From NCBI RefSeq assembly GCF_009834535.1, contig NC_045707.1:55058001-55122000 (forward strand): a DNA stretch of 64,000 nt, given 5' to 3'. Below, in pieces: positions 1-12,920 of this stretch. Position 1 is the first letter of the stretch. Each line of letters starts with the position of its first letter. The position numbers and the translations under genes were made by a program. This DNA is from Camelus ferus. Lineage: Eukaryota. Under the pieces are notes generated by a model that worked only from the letters and a program-made list of their open reading frames with translations, was not told the origin of the DNA and made no database searches.

Positions 1-360
1 CATTGACAGCGGTTCACTATTTTCTGAGGCAGACAGTTGGAAAGTGCATCCTTGTATTTCAGAGAAGTCATTAGCCCTCTACTTTATGAGATCTGATTAT
101 ATCTCTGAGGACCATTGTATCTGATTCCACCCATGTTAGTCTGCTTTACAAATATCTGAAAGCAACCATTATATTCTACCACTCCTCCCATCTTGAGTCA
201 CTTTATCTTCAGGCTAACAAACTCAGCTTCCAACTTTTTTTTTAATACATGTATTTCAGAATTATTTATTTTCCTTGTATACATTTTAATTTAAATAGGC
301 CTCTCTTAAAGTGTGATTTTCATAACTAAATAAGATTAAATGTGATCTCATCATTGTGGA
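1..360 (-). mobile_element. CR1/L3 LINE fragment, highly diverged
   Basis: Motifs 'tacaaatatctgaaagcaaccat', 'cttcaggctaacaaactcagcttcc' and 'ctcttaaagtgtg' resemble the reverse complement of the L3 3' region as I recall it. Confidence 0.55.
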
Positions 361-559
361 AAATAACTCATTCCATAAGGACAAACTGAGATTTCATTAG
401 ACAATGCAAATGTTGCACATTGTAGATTCAATGAGACAGAAACTCCACAGGACATCTCAGAGATGTTCGAATCCAGATGGTCACTATTTACACTTCCTGG
501 CTAGGCAATACGGGTTCTCCTTTCTACCTTCCTGAGGAGTGATAGAATTCTTTAGACTA

Positions 560-700
560 ATCATTACCCGTTTTGGTTAAAATAGGAAACCCTGGTACCC
601 ATTTTTTACCCTCATAAACCTCAAAAAAATAAAAATATCACCATTATTTTACTGCTTTTGATATTACGTGAGTGGTCCTAGGTAAAATAATAATAATAGT
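560..700. mobile_element. possible old DNA-transposon (hAT-like) remnant
   Basis: 'ttacccgttttgg...ttttactgcttttgatattacgtgagtggtcctaggtaaaat' resembles a recalled MER-type element; family not certain. Confidence 0.25.
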
Positions 701-779
701 AATAGTAATAATAATAATAATTACACATATATTAGAAATGAGGATTATTTTTCTTCATTTGCAGATAATATTCTTATTT

Positions 780-1850
780 CCAATAGATAAACTAGCAAAA
801 ATTTTGATTACTTATTAAATACTGCCTGAGCCCCCAGCCTCATGGATATACACTCATATAAAAAAAATAGTATTTTCAATTACCTAGGAATAAGCCAAAA
901 AAGGCAAGATATTTATAGGTATAATTATAATTTTAATGACTATTTTAAAATAAGACAATTACATGTGAAGATGTATTCATGAATAGGAATGCTCAATATT
1001 AAAAAGATGTCAATTCTCTATAAATTAATCTATAAATTCAAAACAATGAAACCAAAACCCTCAAAGTTTTTTTTATTAAAATTGAAAAACCCTTCATGAA
1101 ATTCTTATGGAATTTCAAAAGCCAAAAATAGGCCTTAGAATATAACATAAACCTAAGGGGAGAAAATAAGACATATAAAGGTTTAAGACACAAAATAAAT
1201 CTATAAAATTCAAGAATTTGGGTGTTGGACCAGGGACAGGCAAGTAGATTATTCAAAAACAGAATTTAAATACTTTGGGAAACATATATATATGACATAG
1301 GTATCATAATTAAATGAGGCAAGGAAAGTCATATATCCTAAGACCCGAAAAGCCCCTGGTACCAAAATATCTTGAGAAACTTTCCTATACTTATGTAATG
1401 AGATAAGTACAATGTTACTCATTTCAACATTATTTTCAATAGAAAATAAAACAAATGAAATAGATTTCAAGATTGTAAAGCATAAATAAATTATGAACTT
1501 TTGATACAGTGGATCATCAAACAGCAGCAAAGTGAATGCACTTGTACTTGAATTACATTTACCAAAATGGATAAATTGTAAAGACAAGTTTTGTATGAAA
1601 AAAAGTTGCAAACATATATTATGACAGCAAGTTTTATTGATTATATACACCAAACAGTGTTTTGTCACTGTACATGTATACATGTAATTGTGTCATATAT
1701 AGGCATGTATATAAGCACTAAATGATAAAAACATAGATGCCCTAGTCATTATCTTTGAAGAAAAATGTGTGGTTTTGTGGAGAAATTACAAACATAGCTT
1801 AAACTATATCTATAAAGCTTTATTTAAAAGATCTCCAAATTTATTCTCTT
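780..1850 (+). mobile_element. old L1 (L1M/L1ME) ORF2 and 3' remnants
   Basis: 'gaataggaatgctcaatattaaaaagatgtcaattctctataaattaatctataaattcaa' is the L1 ORF2 RT-region signature; A-rich plus strand continues into 3'-UTR-like sequence. Confidence 0.75.
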
Positions 1851-2619
1851 TGGTATATTTTTCATTGGACTGGAATTGATGGAAATCACCCATGTGTTAC
1901 ATAATACACTAATAGCTCTTTTATGAAGAAAGACTCACTCTCTAGTCCCATCAAATGCTCAGTAAATTCTTTGTTTTTCTTATATTGCTTGGTGGAGGAT
2001 AAAAGACAAATGCTAGTAGAACCACTTTTATGATCTCTTTGGATAGCCTGCACAGGTGGTTTGGCAACTTGATTTAGAATGTGGGAGTATTTGGATCTAT
2101 ATTTTAGTCTTCATCTCTCTAGCCTGAACCACTTTTGAGATAGGAAGAATCACATTTTGACATGTTTCACTAATTGTTTCTCTCCTTATATATTTCCCAG
2201 CTCAGATAAGTTTAGATCCCTTGCATAATTATCTTGTGAAATTATAATTCAACACGTGATCTTATTTTGCTTCAAAAATCATTACTTTTTACCATTGCTG
2301 TCCAAATAGATACTCTTCCATGTGCATTCAAAATCTTTTGTGATGTTTGATTAAACTCTGTTTTTGACTTTCCTTCCATTCTTATTCCCACAATGAAAGA
2401 AAACAAAATTGACTTCTCTATCTAGAGTTGCTTTTCTTCCATAGTGGAATGAATGTTGATAGGAGAGGGCCCATAATTATCAGCTTCTTATGTACCTAGA
2501 CTTCTCTCATTTTGCACATCTAGTCATTGAAATTTTAGAGAGCTTTTGTTCTTTTTTTCAAATTCCAATCCCTCTTTAAAGCTTTGTCTTTCTTGTCTAA
2601 GGGAAGCAATTTATTTAGA

Positions 2620-2755
2620 AAAAAAATCAGTGTCAACTATGTGCTAGGTGTTCTCCTAACCACTGAGATAAAGAAATGAATTTTAAAATCACAAAAAAGA
2701 ACAATGAGCAAAATAGGAAAATCTCATTTCCTCCTGTTTTTATATTCTATGGAAT
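2620..2755 (-). mobile_element. L2 3' fragment
   Basis: 'actatgtgctaggtgttctcctaaccactgagataaagaaatgaa' is similar to the antisense L2 3' end. Confidence 0.55.
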
Positions 2756-3699
2756 ATAATGTATCACTTCAATTTCTCCTACCACCAGCCTCCTCCCTAC
2801 CCTACATCCAACTTTACTCAAGTTATTGCTAATTTTGTTAAAATATCTATATCTTTGTTGCTATGTTAACTTCTTGATAGCCCTGATTCAATGATCTCTA
2901 TTTCATTTGCAACACACAACACAAGCAGTGAACATAACAGGGGCTCAACATATATCTTGACTTGACTTTATTCATTCAGTAACAGATTTTTGGTGTCATA
3001 CAGTATGACATCTGATTCTGGAGTAAAAACTGGATCTGGGCAAATGTAAAATGAATAATGACTTGAGAGAAGCAGATGTTATACATGAATTAAAGATCCT
3101 TTGTTGAAGTTTGATATATCATATTAGTTCCTAATGTGGCAATGAAGAAGGGGCTGCATAAGCAAAAATGACTATATGGGCCAGGATTCTGAATGGTTAA
3201 AGGAATGTGTTGTCAGGTTGCTATCACAATAGCAGGGAATTGACAAGCGGAAAATGTGAAACAGCTGTTGCTATATTCTAGGAAGTTTTAAATAATCCTA
3301 AGCAGTAATTAAAAAAACATTATTTAAAGATTTAGGAAGAGAATCAGGTTTTAATTACAGCAAAGAGTAGGAATAGATAAAGCATGTAGAAAATCATAAC
3401 TGCAGTGTGTTAGTGAAAGAAGGTAGAGAAAAGTGATTATGAATTCAAATGATATTTAAAGTATATAAAGTACAAAATATGGTTACCTTATCTTATCCTA
3501 TCTTTACAGTAATGCTTTGAAATTAGGAGCATGATTACAGCTTGCACTGAATTCTTCATACCTTCAACCTAGTTCCCATTGCTTTATGTTAAAGCTGTCT
3601 TTGATATTGGTAGATGTTGTTAGTGTTAGATATGAAATGTTCCTCTGGGATCACATAGAAATTTTATTTCTATCTATTTTCTAGTTTATTTGGGGTTAT

Positions 3700-4380
3700 T
3701 ATTGATCCTCCCATCAATAAAGAATTATGGAAGGGAATGATATGATCATTTTAGTAGATGGAACATTCTGAAATCAATTTGGAGAATGGAGAAGTGTGGA
3801 GAAAAGACAAATATAGGAAAAGATAGAACAATTAGAAGGTGTGGGATTAATCTAATGAGAGGGTTAAGTAAGACATGAAGTCATGTGAAATAAGAAATGT
3901 CAAAGGAGATAAGGAAGATGGTAAACACTTCCATCATTGTTTGGATGCAGGGATAAAAGAGAGGAAATATTGACAATTGATAACTAGATTTCTAGCTTTA
4001 GGCACTGGCTATTATACAATGTCCTTCTCTGTGAACCAGAAAAGGGAGATTTTTTTTTTTGGTAAATGGGAGATAAATTGATTTGAGAACACATTGAGTG
4101 AAGCATTGGTTCTAGGATGTCTAAATCAATTTCTGTTTACAGAATTAAATAAGTAAATATGATTTAGAACAGAACTCTGGAAAGATTAAATAATAGACAT
4201 TTCTGAGCATATAGGTGATGAGTGAAGTAATGGAAATGGATGTTTTCACTAAGTAGAGTGTGCCATTAGGAGACGTGATTGTGGGTTGTGAACACTGGTG
4301 GATACCAACAGATAAGAATTGAGCTTAGGAGGAAGGCCAAGAAAGAGAAGAAGAAAGTTGCCATATATGTAAGGGAAAAT
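3700..4380 (-). mobile_element. L2 LINE fragment
   Basis: Purine-rich antisense L2 pattern: 'gataactagatttctagcttt', 'gaacacattgagt', 'agcatataggtgatgagtgaagtaatggaaatggatg'. Confidence 0.7.
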
Positions 4381-5499
4381 GTGGGAATGTGTTTTATTGC
4401 AGATTTGATAATGATAGCTTCATTCTTGTCAAACCAGAACCAATTTAGATCTTAAAGGTTACCTTTAGTGAAAGACAAGGAAAAAAGAAAAGGAAAAAAA
4501 TAAGCTTAAATGTTCAGATGGTTAAAAACAAACGTCTAGAGCAGAAATTTAGAGGAACATGATATAGATCAAGAGAGCCTAGTTAACATCTCATAGCAGG
4601 TAGGTATTAGCATGTTTGATCACAGATGGTACGTACAAGGTTGTGCCAGAACATGCTGTCTCTATTGGAAACACCTCAAGTCGACTCCAGTCCTCTTCTT
4701 CAGAAGCCAAATGCACTTTTAGCCCAATGCCTCCATTAAAATTACAGATTTTTAGAAGATGTTCTTCCAAAAACTTATTGCCATAAAATATATATGCATC
4801 TTATTATCTCCCTTCCCTATGTCAGTACTCTCAGAGTCTAGTTTTTCACCTAAATATGCTTAAAACACATTGCTTTTAATAGATTTGGCTGTTTAATTTG
4901 TCTCATATGATGTGTATTTGATCCCGTCTCATTTCTATATTCATAAAAATATGTTTGAGCAATCACTCAAACAACAACAAAATCTTACTTTTCCTAACTC
5001 TGTATTTTTTCCTCATAGACCACATCTCACACCAACAAATAGCATTTATATTCTTTATATTTCCTGATGGTTTGTCAGAGTCACTAGCCATATTTCATTA
5101 AGCAATCCATAAGGTTTTTGGAAGCTAGTTCATTGTTGGTCATGTTTTTAAGTGTCCTCTAATGCTTCAAACTTTTTTTCTGATATCTCTCTCTACTCCT
5201 CCAACTTTTCTTTTATTTCTGCACATTTTAAACTAATAAAATACCCTTTAGTAGTCCATACTGTGTTATCAAATAGTCTGTTCTATATTCTCATTTTTAC
5301 TTTATAAAATAGAATATATAAATGAACAGGCAGATAAGGGATAATTCCATTTAGGATTATAAGGAGATTATTTTTTAAAATATTAGCAACTGTATTTGTG
5401 CATCTACAAAAAGGGGGTACAAATAAATGTGAGGTTAGAAAAGTTAGGAAGCTAGAGAGTAATGGAAGGGATACAGAATGAGAATACTAATTATACTGA

Positions 5500-5735
5500 A
5501 TAATAATGGCTAATATTTAAATTCTATATTTATTGAGAATGTTATCCTCTTTACTTAATTTATCTTCATAGTTTTATGAAATAGGTACAATTATAATGAC
5601 CACATAAAAGTAGAAAGAGGAATTTGAGGTTTAGAAGTTAAATGACTTCTCAGAGATCATACAGCTAAGTAATAGTGAAGCCAGAATTTGAACTCCAGTT
5701 TTCTGAATCTAGGAAGGTTATTAAGCATTAATCAT
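5500..5735 (-). mobile_element. MIR SINE
   Basis: Antisense MIR core 'gaggtttagaagttaaatgacttctcagagatcatacagctaagtaatagtgaagccagaatttgaactccag'. Confidence 0.85.
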
Positions 5736-6379
5736 ATTTCTGGTTAGGGCTTGTTCTACAATTAGAATTTGAGCACTTGTTCTGTTAATTATTAGTGATG
5801 GAAACTTGGAGAATTGAATTTCTGAAGCTTGGTTACCTCTTTTATATTTGGGTAATATTTTTTGTATTAGGTAGGTTTAATTGCTACTACAAAGAGATAC
5901 ATTTCTCTGTAATCATCTTAAGTTCTTTTCCACCAAATATCAATCCGTATCATTTCCCTATATATAGAACACATTTTGTTTCTCCAATAAAGAAACTCCA
6001 CAATCCTATATAGTTACTTCATCCTGTATAAAATCCAGGGTCTCTGAATAATGTGATATCCCATCCATCTAATTTACATATGAAACTGATTTATAAATTT
6101 TTTAGAAATGCTATTTATCTTCTCACATTTAATGTACAATGACAAAACTGGAACTGGTTGAATACAATAAAAAAAATCCCATTTGGAAAAAGGAAGAATG
6201 GAAACACATTCAGTTATCAATTCCTTATAGGCAGTAATCAAGGAAAATCCTGTTCTGTCAATAGAGTAAGTTCTATTAGCCTGGCAGGCTGCACCTGCTT
6301 CTTCCTTCTGAAAGTAACTCTTTTGTACCTTGTTTTCTATGGCTCCTGGTTTTGTTCTTAGAGATTTTAAAAATTGATT

Positions 6380-6560
6380 TAGGGTAGATGTTCCTAATAA
6401 TCAATACTAATGAACCCCTCTCCACTTAGAGGAAAAATAGTTCTTCCATGCACCCTTGAAGTTACATATGGCCACATGGCTTTCTTTGGCCAGTGAAATA
6501 ATGGAAGGGTCTTTATGATGGTAGAAGCATATATTGACATGGGGTCCACTGCCTGCAGCC
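6380..6560 (+). mobile_element. MaLR LTR (MLT1-type), apparently interrupted by the ERV1 LTR fragment
   Basis: 'atggccacatggctttctttggccagtgaaat' and 'agaagcatatattgacatgg' are MLT1-like. Confidence 0.55.
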
Positions 6561-6735
6561 AGTGAAGAACCACCATAACCCTCCTCCCTTCCCTCTTTTC
6601 CTCTATAAAAACCAGCCCCTCCCCTCTGTTCTCTGGACTTGCCTCTGTTCTCTGGTTCTCCATAGTTGGTCCCACTTGCAATTCTCTGCTATTCCCAAAT
6701 AAACTCATTTTGCTTATTAAAAAGGAAAAAAAAAA
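6560..6735 (+). mobile_element. ERV1-type LTR 3' fragment (MER34/MER39-like) ending in an A-tail
   Basis: TATAAAA at 6604, then 'ttgcaattctctgctattcccaaataaactcattttgct' with AATAAA at 6698, then an A-rich run at 6719-6735. Confidence 0.65.
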
Positions 6736-6784
6736 GGGAAGAAATGTTTATGGCAACAGAGCTTAGTCAGTTTTTTTGAGTAGT

Positions 6785-7200
6785 TAGTATATAGACTATC
6801 CTGTTAAAACAAACACATCCTAAAATAAAGTGCTTCAGACCAAGATAAAGTTATTTTTTTCTCAATTAGTTGCCCATAGAGGAACAAGTGGTTGAGAATG
6901 AATCTGTACTCTGTACAACAGCATCATTTAAGGATCCAGCTTCATTCTATTCTTGTTGCTTTGTTATCCTCTGTTGTAGTTGTCACCTACGTGGTTATTG
7001 CTGCTTACACCAGCATAACTCATTACACCAAATGTGAAAATTAAAGAGAAGCAGTAGGCATGTGATTTTCTTACACAAAAATAGAAATTATGAATATCAC
7101 TTAAGTTCAGATGCTATTAACTAAAATGACCATGTCTAGCTGTAAGGAATGTATTCATTAACTGAGTGATTAGTTTTAATCTTTAGTTAAACCTTTGGCT
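6785..7200 (-). mobile_element. old MaLR LTR (MLT1J/K/L-like)
   Basis: 'tgttaaaacaaacacatcctaaaataaagtgcttcagaccaagataaagttatttt' and 'catttaaggatccagcttcattctattcttgttgct' follow the antisense MLT1 pattern. Confidence 0.6.
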
Positions 7201-7479
7201 TGAAGAGGCACATTCTTTCCAAAAGGTGAACAGGAGAATCTTTGAAGGGAGACAATTAACAGCGATCGCAACAGTATTTGTAAAACAATTGGCACAGTAA
7301 TTGACAAATAATTGTTATTTGATAAATGTTTCTTTCATTGTTTCTCATGCTGTGCCTAATAATTTAGGTTGAAACCACGAATAAGACCACCTAAACCTGT
7401 TTTAGCAGCTTTGTTAGGGAGCTATGGTTGAGCAACTTCTTACCTGATTTTACACGGTACACAGCACTTATGATATATT

Positions 7480-7645
7480 TAACAGAGAATGGCCTAACTG
7501 TGCAACTTGCACAGGTGAAGAATTAATGAAGTTTGCTAGAGGTATAGTGCTCCTAATGCTCTTAATTAACACTCTAATGATGTCCCTGGGATCTCTAACT
7601 AATGATGGCTCCTCTGTTGCACAGTGTGCAACTGCATGCCTTCAT
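7480..7645. mobile_element. MER91-like hAT-Tip100 MITE
   Basis: Terminal 'ctgtgcaacttgcacag' and 'gttgcacagtgtgcaactgca' motifs form imperfect inverted ends. Confidence 0.5.
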
Positions 7646-8199
7646 ACTGAGAATAAGAGCCATGTTTATTATTCTGTGCAAGGATAACAATGATATTTTG
7701 CTATTCCCTAAAGATTTACAGGTACATCAGTCTGGAAGTGAATCATCAAAGGGCCAATAAAATCTGCCCATCTGTGTCAAATATAATTTTTCCCCAAGAA
7801 GTACTCTGAAATATACATTATAGTGTATTTTCAAGAGAAATATTTAAATACCTAATAAAAATGAAAATCGTTTGTAAAATATTGGGTGTAATATTTTTAT
7901 CTTTATAAAAAGATACTGTCATCAGTATATAGATCATGTTATATTTTACTATATTAAAATATTTTAACCCTACCCATCCCCCTTTTTTGCTGTGATGCCA
8001 CAGAATGTATTCTCCTACATTTTAATGGAGTAGGAGGATTGACATATTCATGAATAAAATTTAGCAATTTAAATTAAAGACCTTAAAAGTACAAGTATTC
8101 TATAAATCTTCAATTCAAATTATTGGAGTGTATCCCTTGGCAAAGAAAAAAAATGCATAGAAAGATAAGTCTATAAAGATTGTCACTATCAAGTTCTAT

Positions 8200-8635
8200 A
8201 TAATAATTGCATAGGGCAATTTTCAGTTAATCAACAACCCCAAAACCTCATTTATATAAACAAGCATTTTTTAATTCATGTGAGGCTGCAAGTCAGCTCT
8301 GACTCTACGTGGCTTTACTGGGTTCGGTGTGTCTTTTGATCTCATCGCAGTCTGAAGAACTTCAGTATCATTGACAGAGAAGTGGGATTAAACACTAAAT
8401 ACCACCTAAAGTAAATTCTGGACACAAAAGCATTATCACGCTTTTACCTACATTTCATCATTCCAAAGACGCCACAAACCCATGACCCAAGGCAATGGAG
8501 GGAAAGGGAAGGGACTTTATATTCAACCTTTTTTACTGGGAGTCACTACAAAGTCACATGTCAATGGGCTTTTATGTGTAATATAATTACAAGTAGGTAG
8601 CAAAGATTTGAGAATAATGATCTAATTGACAACAG
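8200..8635 (-). mobile_element. old MaLR LTR (MLT1)
   Basis: 'caacaaccccaaaacctca...aacaagcatttt', 'tacatttcatcattccaaagac' and 'gagaataatgatctaatt' follow the antisense MLT1 pattern. Confidence 0.6.
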
Positions 8636-8639
8636 TTGC

Positions 8640-9030
8640 TTTCAGAATGGAAATAATCTAAAGGCAAGGATATAATTTAAACAAATTGTTTTATGATTAC
8701 ATGATTACTACACAGTCAATAAAATGATGTTCTAGAAGAAGATTTAACTGAGACAATGATCACAGTATATAGTTAAGGTGAAAAAGCAGATTACAAATTA
8801 CTGTGTAATTAATTTTCTCAATTTTATAAAAGTACATTATAGCTTATATGCATACATAGTGTATATATATTTGTTTATATAAATATACATTAAATTTGAG
8901 GTATATAACCTTGAAAATACTGATAATTTCATATTTAATATTTTTCTTGGCAACATAGCATTATTAGTGATTTTCAGTTTCTCCTTTGAACTCTTTTCCT
9001 CCACTATTTAAACTTTTATAATTTAAAAAA
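8640..9030 (+). mobile_element. L1ME-type 3' UTR remnant
   Basis: 'atagttaaggtgaaaaagcagattacaaa' and flanking A-rich context. Confidence 0.55.
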
Positions 9031-9057
9031 TTCAAAAAATAAAAATACATAGCTTTT

Positions 9058-9215
9058 CATCAGCTGTAACTAATATACCATTCTGGTATGGGATGTCGAT
9101 AATGGGAGAGGCTATGCATATATGAAGGGAGAAAATATATGGGAAATATCCATACCTTCTTCTCAATTTTGCCATGATCTTGCTCTACAAAATAAAATCT
9201 TCAAAAAAAAAAAAC
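9058..9215 (+). mobile_element. L1MC-type 3' end with poly(A)
   Basis: 'ggatgtcgataatgggagaggctatgca...atatgggaaatatcccataccttcttctcaattttgc' then an A12 tail. Confidence 0.85.
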
Positions 9216-9819
9216 CTAGTTTTTGTAAATAAAACACCACCATTACACTGAAATCCAATATTATTTACTTGCTTTAATTTCCAGTTTCCTAGTATCCTGC
9301 TTTGATTCAATAATTTTAAAATGTACTTTTAACTTAAAGAGCACAACCTTTTACTATTTTACTGAAAATAACCTGGTTGGTATAGGTTCCTACTCTGCTT
9401 AGCCTCACCTTTGAGTTGCTTTACTATATATCCAGCTTTGCTCAGTTCTCAAGCTAATCACAGGGTCATGACATTGAGATGGGAGTAATTGGGAAATAGC
9501 CTAGCACCATTATTGTCTGCTGGGCTACAGACTTGTTCCATGGCTTTGTGAATTCATTCAATGAGACTGGACTTCTAAAATATTTCCTAATGTACAGCTT
9601 GAGTTTGTTTAGGAACAGAAGCTAGGATCATACACTCAGTAACTCACAGAATTACTGTGTATCCTTATTCTCAATGGGTGAATCTTCCAAAACCTAAAAC
9701 CTTCTGTTTGTCCGACTTTTTGTGTTTTGTCTGATCTTAGACTTCACCTGCTATTGAGTTTTTGTTCTTCATCAATTTCTGAGTGCTAGCATAACCTCTC
9801 TTTCTCTTTCCACCCCCCA

Positions 9820-9937
9820 AATATACATATATAATAAAATAATATAATATATAATAGAAAGATTATATATATATATATTAGATACATGATGCTTCATATA
9901 CACACACACATACATACATATATACATACATACACAC
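9820..9937. repeat. compound (TA)n/(CA)n/(TACA)n microsatellite
   Basis: Visible dinucleotide and tetranucleotide runs. Confidence 0.8.
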
Positions 9938-10409
9938 TATGCTTTGGAAATGTTAAGTAATTTTTCCCAATTTCTCCAGTTAAAGAAACTTGTTTCTTTA
10001 CTTTTCTACTATAGAGTGAATGTTCTTTCCCAGATATTCTTGATTATGCAGTTAGTTTAAACCAAGTCTTTGAAAGGTCTTAATGACTAGCTTTTGGAGG
10101 AAACTAACTCCACAAAAAAGATCTTTCTTGGTTTCATTGTACGCAGGATTATTTTCTCATAGTTCTAAACCGGTGAGAGCTCAGTTTGCCTTGAGGCCAG
10201 AAGTACCTCAGTTACAGTAAATGAAACAAATGAGAGTTTTAAGTGGCAAATGTATTATGGGTTGTTTGCTTTATAGAATGTCTTTTTGATGGATAATACT
10301 TCTTACATGAGCTGAGATAATGTCTATTTAAACATGGCGCTTTTATTTTGATGCTGTCTTTGGGGATTATGGAGAGAAATAACATGTATTATGAGTCTAG
10401 TATACCAGT

Positions 10410-10575
10410 TCTTGTGCCACATTCTCTAAGATCGTTCAGTTGTCACATAAATCCTTCACCGAAGTGGAAACTGAATCTCAAAGGTGTTGAGTAAATTTTC
10501 CAAGATAACATAAATTGTGGAGTCAAAGTTGAAATCTAGGACCATCTGCTTCCATAAACTATGTTCCTTCTGTTA
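10410..10575 (-). mobile_element. MIR SINE
   Basis: 'gtggaaactgaatctcaaaggtgttgagtaaattttccaagataacata' antisense core. Confidence 0.65.
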
Positions 10576-11809
10576 TACAATGATTCTTAATGCAACTCAG
10601 TATAATTGAAAGAAAAACAAAGGAGAAGTTTTATTTTAAAACAACCTTGGATATTAAAACTACTGAACATCTCATATCAAATATTATTGTTCAGTTGGCC
10701 CACAAATTCCTGATTCTACTGAAGGGACTCAGTTAGTTGATCCCTCCCAAAGAACACAGATGAATATAGTCTTGGTTTTCTAACAAGATAGAAGATGTGT
10801 AATAGAAACAATGTTAACCTTTAGAGTAGGGGAGAGCAGTACAGTAAGCAGTAAATTTTAAGACAAATATAATGCAGAAACAGAGTGCATATATACCTTC
10901 CATAAATAAAGGGCCAACAAAGATTATTTTACTTAAAAATATTATTTGGGAACAAAAGCAAAATAGTTACCACTCTAGCATAAAAATGTTGCTATGCTAT
11001 TATTTTCAAGGTTTGTTTTACTTCAAACTTGCTGATCAGTTTCACTTTTTAATAATATCCAAGGGTAATTCAAGGTTTGTTGTCCAACTTTGCTGTTTGG
11101 AAATCAAGCTTAATCCTAGACAAAGCTTTATGAACATGCGTTTATGACCATTTCAGAGTTGGGAGAAATATCTTTTGTGAATAGAAGATTCTGAGCTATT
11201 GTTGTTAAATCTTTAATTTTCTTTATAATATAAATACATTCAAGCCTCCTCCTGAAATATTTATCATCCTAAATAGTGTTAAGTAGAATTTTTGTTTTCA
11301 AAATGTTACAATAAAATGGCTTAATTAGAAAACTACTTTTTTTTTAATATTTGGACTTTAGGATAATCTAATGAAAGATGAACTAATATATTTTTAATCC
11401 CAAATACAGGTTAAACTAATGATTGGTTTTGCCCTAAATTTAATTTTGAACTGTTTATTTTCATCCACTATTACTTAATTCCTTCTATACCTCTTTCAAA
11501 TATGTTTGGATATTTAAACTAGTAGATTTCCTGATCAATTACATAATCCATTTGGGAGCATTTTATAATTCAATCACATTAAACATACTTTCATTTGGTT
11601 GTTTATAATTTACTTCCTTTCAAAGTCCATGATGTCATTTGTATTTTACTGAAATTGGGATGACCTGGAGAAAGTTCAGTGGCATTCTCTCAGATGCCCT
11701 TTTGGGGAATTATGAAAAACAAGAATGCACAAACATACCTATAGATAGATAATTTGTTTTATTCACTCTCTTGAGAACAGTAAGAGTGTTGAAAAAGAAA
11801 CCTACTGTG

Positions 11810-11955
11810 GATAAACATTAATTATTCAAATGGACATCACCGAGTACCAACTTTGAGCCGGACATTATGCCAAGTACTAAGAAAGGAAAGATGAGTAAGA
11901 TAATATCTCTTGCCAAGGATTTAGACTAATCGAAACAATAAGCATTAAATAGGTA
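11810..11955 (-). mobile_element. L2 3' fragment
   Basis: 'gagtaccaactttgagccggacattatgccaagtactaagaaaggaaagatgagtaagata'. Confidence 0.6.
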
Positions 11956-11959
11956 TTTG

Positions 11960-12920
11960 GTGATTCTAGTTCAAGATTTTGAACTAAATTGATCTGCTAG
12001 TCCTCCTGGAACTTCATTACAATGATTTAAAAGACATATAAACCCACATCAATACACAGAACAGTGGTGGAGGGGCCATTAATGGAAAACAGCTGCAACA
12101 AATACCTGGAAGAAGAACAGTTAGAAGTATGTTGGCTGGATAAAGTAGGACAGTGGAAGTCCTAGTTCAGGATATCCTCAGAGAAGGCTGAAGAAAGAAG
12201 AGAGAGCTGGTTTGCAAATGCTAAATCCCTCATTCCTACACATGAGATAATTAGAAGGCAAGCGACCACCACCTAGGTAAATACACATAAACAAATGTAA
12301 TTATATAACTGGAAAGAATGGAATAGCTGCAGTTATAGTCCAGAATATATCTGCATTTTGGGATTTGGAAATGTTCAGTAAACAGTAGACTCTTCACCAA
12401 ATCATCATAGAATATATATCAATTGGCAAGGTTCATTCATGAATGAAAAACATGTAACAGCCTCTCCCTTTTACTTTATTTTTTAATATAATTATATAAT
12501 TAATTCCTCAACAAAACCAAAATTGTCCATGGAGGAAAAATATAATATTCAGGGAAATGAAGGAAAGGCAAATTAAATAGGAAAAACAAAAAAGTCACAA
12601 ACAACAACAAAAAAAATTAGGGAAGATAGGTTAACAGATATTTAACCAATCCAGTACAGCCAAATTCTGACTAAAAGGATTGGGTAGAAAGGAGACTAGA
12701 AGAAATTGAACAGAAGAAGATATTAAAATATAATTCTAGAAGTTATTTTTAAAGTAATTCCCAAGTCTTCCAATAAAAACAATGTGTGTGTATGTATGTG
12801 TATACATATATGTGTATATATACACACATATAGGAAATGAATGAAAATAATTTGAGTTTGGATGCATTAGAATTGCATTTAAGAACACCAGCTATTAATA
12901 GAAGATTCTGAAAGCCTTTT
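11960..12920 (+). mobile_element. HAL1 or old L1 5'/ORF1 remnant
   Basis: 'tctagttcaagat...catataaacccaca' 5' motif and ORF1-like 'atccagtacagccaaattctgactaaaagg', 'tattaaaatataattctagaag'. Confidence 0.5.

Noticed and set aside
4648..4662. Steroid-response-element-like AGAACAtgcTGTCTC
   Set aside because: Second half-site is imperfect; an isolated motif is not evidence
4952..4973. Short perfect hairpins (tgtttgag-N6-ctcaaaca; similar near 51373 and 61694)
   Set aside because: 8-bp arms occur by chance in 64 kb of AT-rich DNA and are too short for pre-miRNAs
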